64,000 bases of DNA from Myxococcales bacterium (GTDB taxonomy: Bacteria; Myxococcota; Myxococcia; Myxococcales; 40CM-4-68-19), in NCBI GenBank assembly GCA_035635635.1, contig DASQAS010000244.1:23690-87689 (forward strand). Direction: 5' to 3'. The notes below the pieces were generated by a model that worked only from the letters and a program-made list of their open reading frames with translations, ran no database searches and had not been told where the DNA came from. Every line of letters starts with the position of its first letter. Positions within the stretch are counted from its first letter, which is position 1. Below, piece after piece: positions 61,715 through 64,000 of this stretch. The translations under genes were made by a program, and so were the position numbers.

Positions 61715-62004
61715 TTTCGTTTCTTGTCCAGGTTCATCAGGATCTTGAAAAGCAGGTAGAAGCCCACGCCGATGCCGAAGAGCGCGCCGCCGACCAGGAG
61801 CCAGGGGCTGGTGGACAGCTTCTTGTCCAGCCACCACCCGGCAAAGGTCCCCAGGCCCACCGAGCCGGCCAGTTGCCAGCTGGCGTCGATGTAGGGCCCG
61901 GCCTTCCGGTACGAGGATGCGACATCCTCGCCAGGGCCCTCCGGGCGGTCGTCCTGTTTCTTGCCAGCCACGCGCGCTTTCAAAAAAGCAGCGCCGTGTA
62001 GCAT
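61711..62004 (-). CDS. AtpZ/AtpI-family small membrane protein
   Basis: [53 protein letters not shown] matches the AtpZ pattern. The start may instead be GTG 61971. Confidence 0.55.
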   Translation of the reverse strand: MLHGAAFLKARVAGKKQDDRPEGPGEDVASSYRKAGPYIDASWQLAGSVGLGTFAGWWLDKKLSTSPWLLVGGALFGIGVGFYLLFKILMNLDKKRK

Positions 62005-62051
62005 GTGCCCGGAGTACCCGTCAAACCCCGCGTGTTGTATTGTGGTTCCTC

Positions 62052-62471
62052 GTGCTTCGGCCTTCCGACAGCTTCCTCGGCAGCTCCCGCGCCACGCACC
62101 GCGCCAACCTGCGCGCCGAACGGCTCAAGGCATTGGGCGGCCTGCCCCGGGTGCTCCGCAACGCCGTGAAGGACCTGGTCAACACGATCGTGGACCTGGC
62201 GCTGCTCGTCGGGCTGCCATTCGCCTATCTCGCCGCGGCGTATTTCGCGCTGGATCTGCCGGCGCGCTGGCTCGCCCACCGCGGCGCGTACGGCCGGTGG
62301 GGCTTCCTCTTGTTCGCGGCCGCGGTGGCCGTGGCCGCCGCCGGCATTCGCCGCGCCCTGCGGGACTCGGCGCCGATCGCGCCCGTCCGGCCCAGGTTCG
62401 CGAAGGTGATGCTGGGGTTGTCGTGGGTCGCGGCGGTGCTCTGCACCATCGGCGACCTCGCCCTCAAGTAG
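62052..62471 (+). CDS. Hypothetical membrane protein
   Basis: GC3-rich frame with 3 hydrophobic helices. Start is GTG 62052 or TTG 62040. Confidence 0.45.
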   Translation: MLRPSDSFLGSSRATHRANLRAERLKALGGLPRVLRNAVKDLVNTIVDLALLVGLPFAYLAAAYFALDLPARWLAHRGAYGRWGFLLFAAAVAVAAAGIRRALRDSAPIAPVRPRFAKVMLGLSWVAAVLCTIGDLALK

Positions 62472-62495
62472 GGGACACCCTATTGGGGTGTCCCC
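62471..62495. terminator. Perfect 10-bp stem / 5-nt loop hairpin between convergent genes
   Basis: GGGGACACCC-TATTG-GGGTGTCCCC begins at the last base of the TAG stop at 62469..62471. Confidence 0.55.
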
Positions 62496-62513
62496 CGAGC
62501 CTATTGGGTGTTC

Positions 62514-63800
62514 CTACTTGAGCGCTGCTCTGAAGGCCCGTGTGGTCTCCTCGATCTCTTGTGGCCCGTGCTCGCTGGAGAGGAAGGCCGCTTCGAACTG
62601 TGACGGGGGCAAATACACGCCGTGCTCGAGCAGCGCCCGGTGCACCCGGCCGAACCGCGCCACGTCGGACTTCTTCGCGCTGGGATAGTCGAAGACCTCG
62701 CCCTCCGCGAAGAAGCAGGTCCACATCGATCCGATCTGGTTCACCTGCCCCTGGACGCTCGCCCGCCGCAGCTCCTCGCGGATGCGCGCGCAGAGCTCCT
62801 CGGTGCGCCGCTCGATCGACTCGACGAAGCCGGGTTGGGCGACGAGGTCGAGCATCGCGATCCCCGCCGCCATCGCCAGCGGGTTCCCCGAGAGCGTTCC
62901 CGCCTGGTAGATGGGCCCGTCCGGCGCCACCTGGCCCATCACGTCCTCGCGGCCTCCGTACGCGCCAACCGGCAGCCCGCCGCCGATCACCTTGCCCAGG
63001 CAGGTCAGATCCGGCTCCACCCCGAAGCGCTCCTGCGCCCCGCCGCGGGCCACGCGGAAGCCCGTCATCACCTCGTCGCAGACGAAGAGGGCTCCAGCCC
63101 TGCGCGTCTCCTCGCGCAGCGCCTCGAGGAAGCCGGGGCGCGGCAGGAGCACGCCCATGTTGCCGACCACGGGCTCGACGATCGCGGCCGCCGTCTCCCG
63201 GCCGAGCGAGCCCCGGAAGTGCGCGCGCAGCGCCTCCACGTCGTTGTAGGGCAGCACCGTGGTGAGCGCCGCCAGCGCCTGCGGTACGCCCGGCGAGTCG
63301 GGCAGTCCCAGCGTCTCGACGCCCGACCCGGCGCGCACCAGCAGCGCGTCGGTGGCTCCGTGGTAGCAACCCTCGAACTTGACGATCCGCTCGCGCCCGG
63401 TGAACCCGCGCGCCACGCGCAGCGCGGCCTGCGTGGCTTCGGTGCCGGAGCTGACGAAGCGCATCTTCCTCATCGAGGGCACCAGCGCGCGCACCTTCTC
63501 GGCCAGGACGCTCTCGCGCGCGGTGGGCGCGCCGAAGCTCGTCCCCAGGGCCGCGGCGCCCTGGATTGCCTCGAGGATGCGCGGGTGCGCGTGGCCGGCC
63601 AGAAGCGGCCCCCAGGAGAGCACGTAGTCGACGTACGCGTTTCCGTCTTCGTCGTAGAGGCGGGCCTTCTCGCCGCGCGCGACGAAGAGCGGGTCGCCGC
63701 CGACGCCCTTGAACGCCCGCACCGGCGAGTTGACCCCGCCCGGAAAGAGCGACCTTGCGCGCGCGAGCTCGCGTCGCGACTTCTCGGTCTTCAGAGACAT
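62514..63800 (-). CDS. hemL: Glutamate-1-semialdehyde 2,1-aminomutase
   Basis: 428 aa: [22 protein letters not shown], and the PLP Lys in [11 protein letters not shown]. Confidence 0.95.
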   Translation of the reverse strand: MSLKTEKSRRELARARSLFPGGVNSPVRAFKGVGGDPLFVARGEKARLYDEDGNAYVDYVLSWGPLLAGHAHPRILEAIQGAAALGTSFGAPTARESVLAEKVRALVPSMRKMRFVSSGTEATQAALRVARGFTGRERIVKFEGCYHGATDALLVRAGSGVETLGLPDSPGVPQALAALTTVLPYNDVEALRAHFRGSLGRETAAAIVEPVVGNMGVLLPRPGFLEALREETRRAGALFVCDEVMTGFRVARGGAQERFGVEPDLTCLGKVIGGGLPVGAYGGREDVMGQVAPDGPIYQAGTLSGNPLAMAAGIAMLDLVAQPGFVESIERRTEELCARIREELRRASVQGQVNQIGSMWTCFFAEGEVFDYPSAKKSDVARFGRVHRALLEHGVYLPPSQFEAAFLSSEHGPQEIEETTRAFRAALK

Positions 63801-63854
63801 GGCGCGGGTTTAGCGCCGGGGAGGGCGACGGTAAAGCCTCAGCAGCGGGAAAAG

Positions 63855-63904
63855 CGCAGGCGCAACTGCGTAGCCCCAAAGCGGCCTTCGGCCGCAGCGG
63901 CTAA
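63855..63904. repeat. REP-like element, copy C
   Basis: GCGCAGGCGCAACTGCGTAGCCCCAAAGCGGCCTTCGGCCGCAGCGGCTA. The final CTA is the TAG stop of the partial ORF. Confidence 0.75.
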
Positions 63905-64000
63905 TGCTGGATGGCGCGGCCCTGCGCGTACCCGCGATCCCAGACGGCGGCCTGGTTGTGCGGGTTCACCGGGCTCCCGCGCCGCAAGCGGCGCTCGGCG
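63902..64000 (-). CDS. 3-prime end of an unidentified gene (partial; continues beyond the window)
   Basis: 33 GC3-rich codons open to the window edge (..AERRLRRGSPVNPHNQAAVWDRGYAQGRAIQH*). Too short to identify. Confidence 0.35.

Overview
This 64-kb window comes from a very GC-rich bacterial chromosome with near-saturated GC3. The gene content suggests a Myxococcota/Deltaproteobacteria-type organism, but that is inference only: hrcA-grpE-dnaK-dnaJ, a membrane pyrophosphatase, an ExbB-ExbD-ExbD motor, a Che cluster, PAS/GAF signalling, an ECF sigma/anti-sigma pair, a GH57 glycogen cluster and an F0-only atp operon. I call about 70 protein genes. Nearly all are ordinary housekeeping or metabolism, tightly packed, with many 1-4 nt start/stop overlaps. 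Many long ORFs in the supplied track are antisense or off-frame shadows, or are over-extended at the N-terminus. I trimmed them using recognisable N-termini, start/stop coupling, Shine-Dalgarno spacing and GC3. I saw no rRNA, tRNA, CRISPR array, transposase or integrase. Four structures deserve a second look. (1) A 1.6-kb cassette carrying a single lipoprotein gene sits between convergent plsY and ptsH, bracketed by 95-bp direct repeats that duplicate the ptsH 3-prime end. (2) A gap-free minus-strand unit runs mcp-cheW-cheY-cheA-cheC-like-larB-larC, followed by a PAS/GAF protein with a HisKA domain but no ATPase domain. (3) A dispersed REP-like GC-hairpin element has at least 5 copies, three of which begin exactly at a TAG stop codon. 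(4) A translationally coupled radical-SAM plus flippase-like gene pair lies beside a GT-C glycosyltransferase and a DUF3047 gene. I cannot point to a clear-cut novel defence or mobile system. All novelty statements here are hypotheses that need database and comparative checks I could not run.
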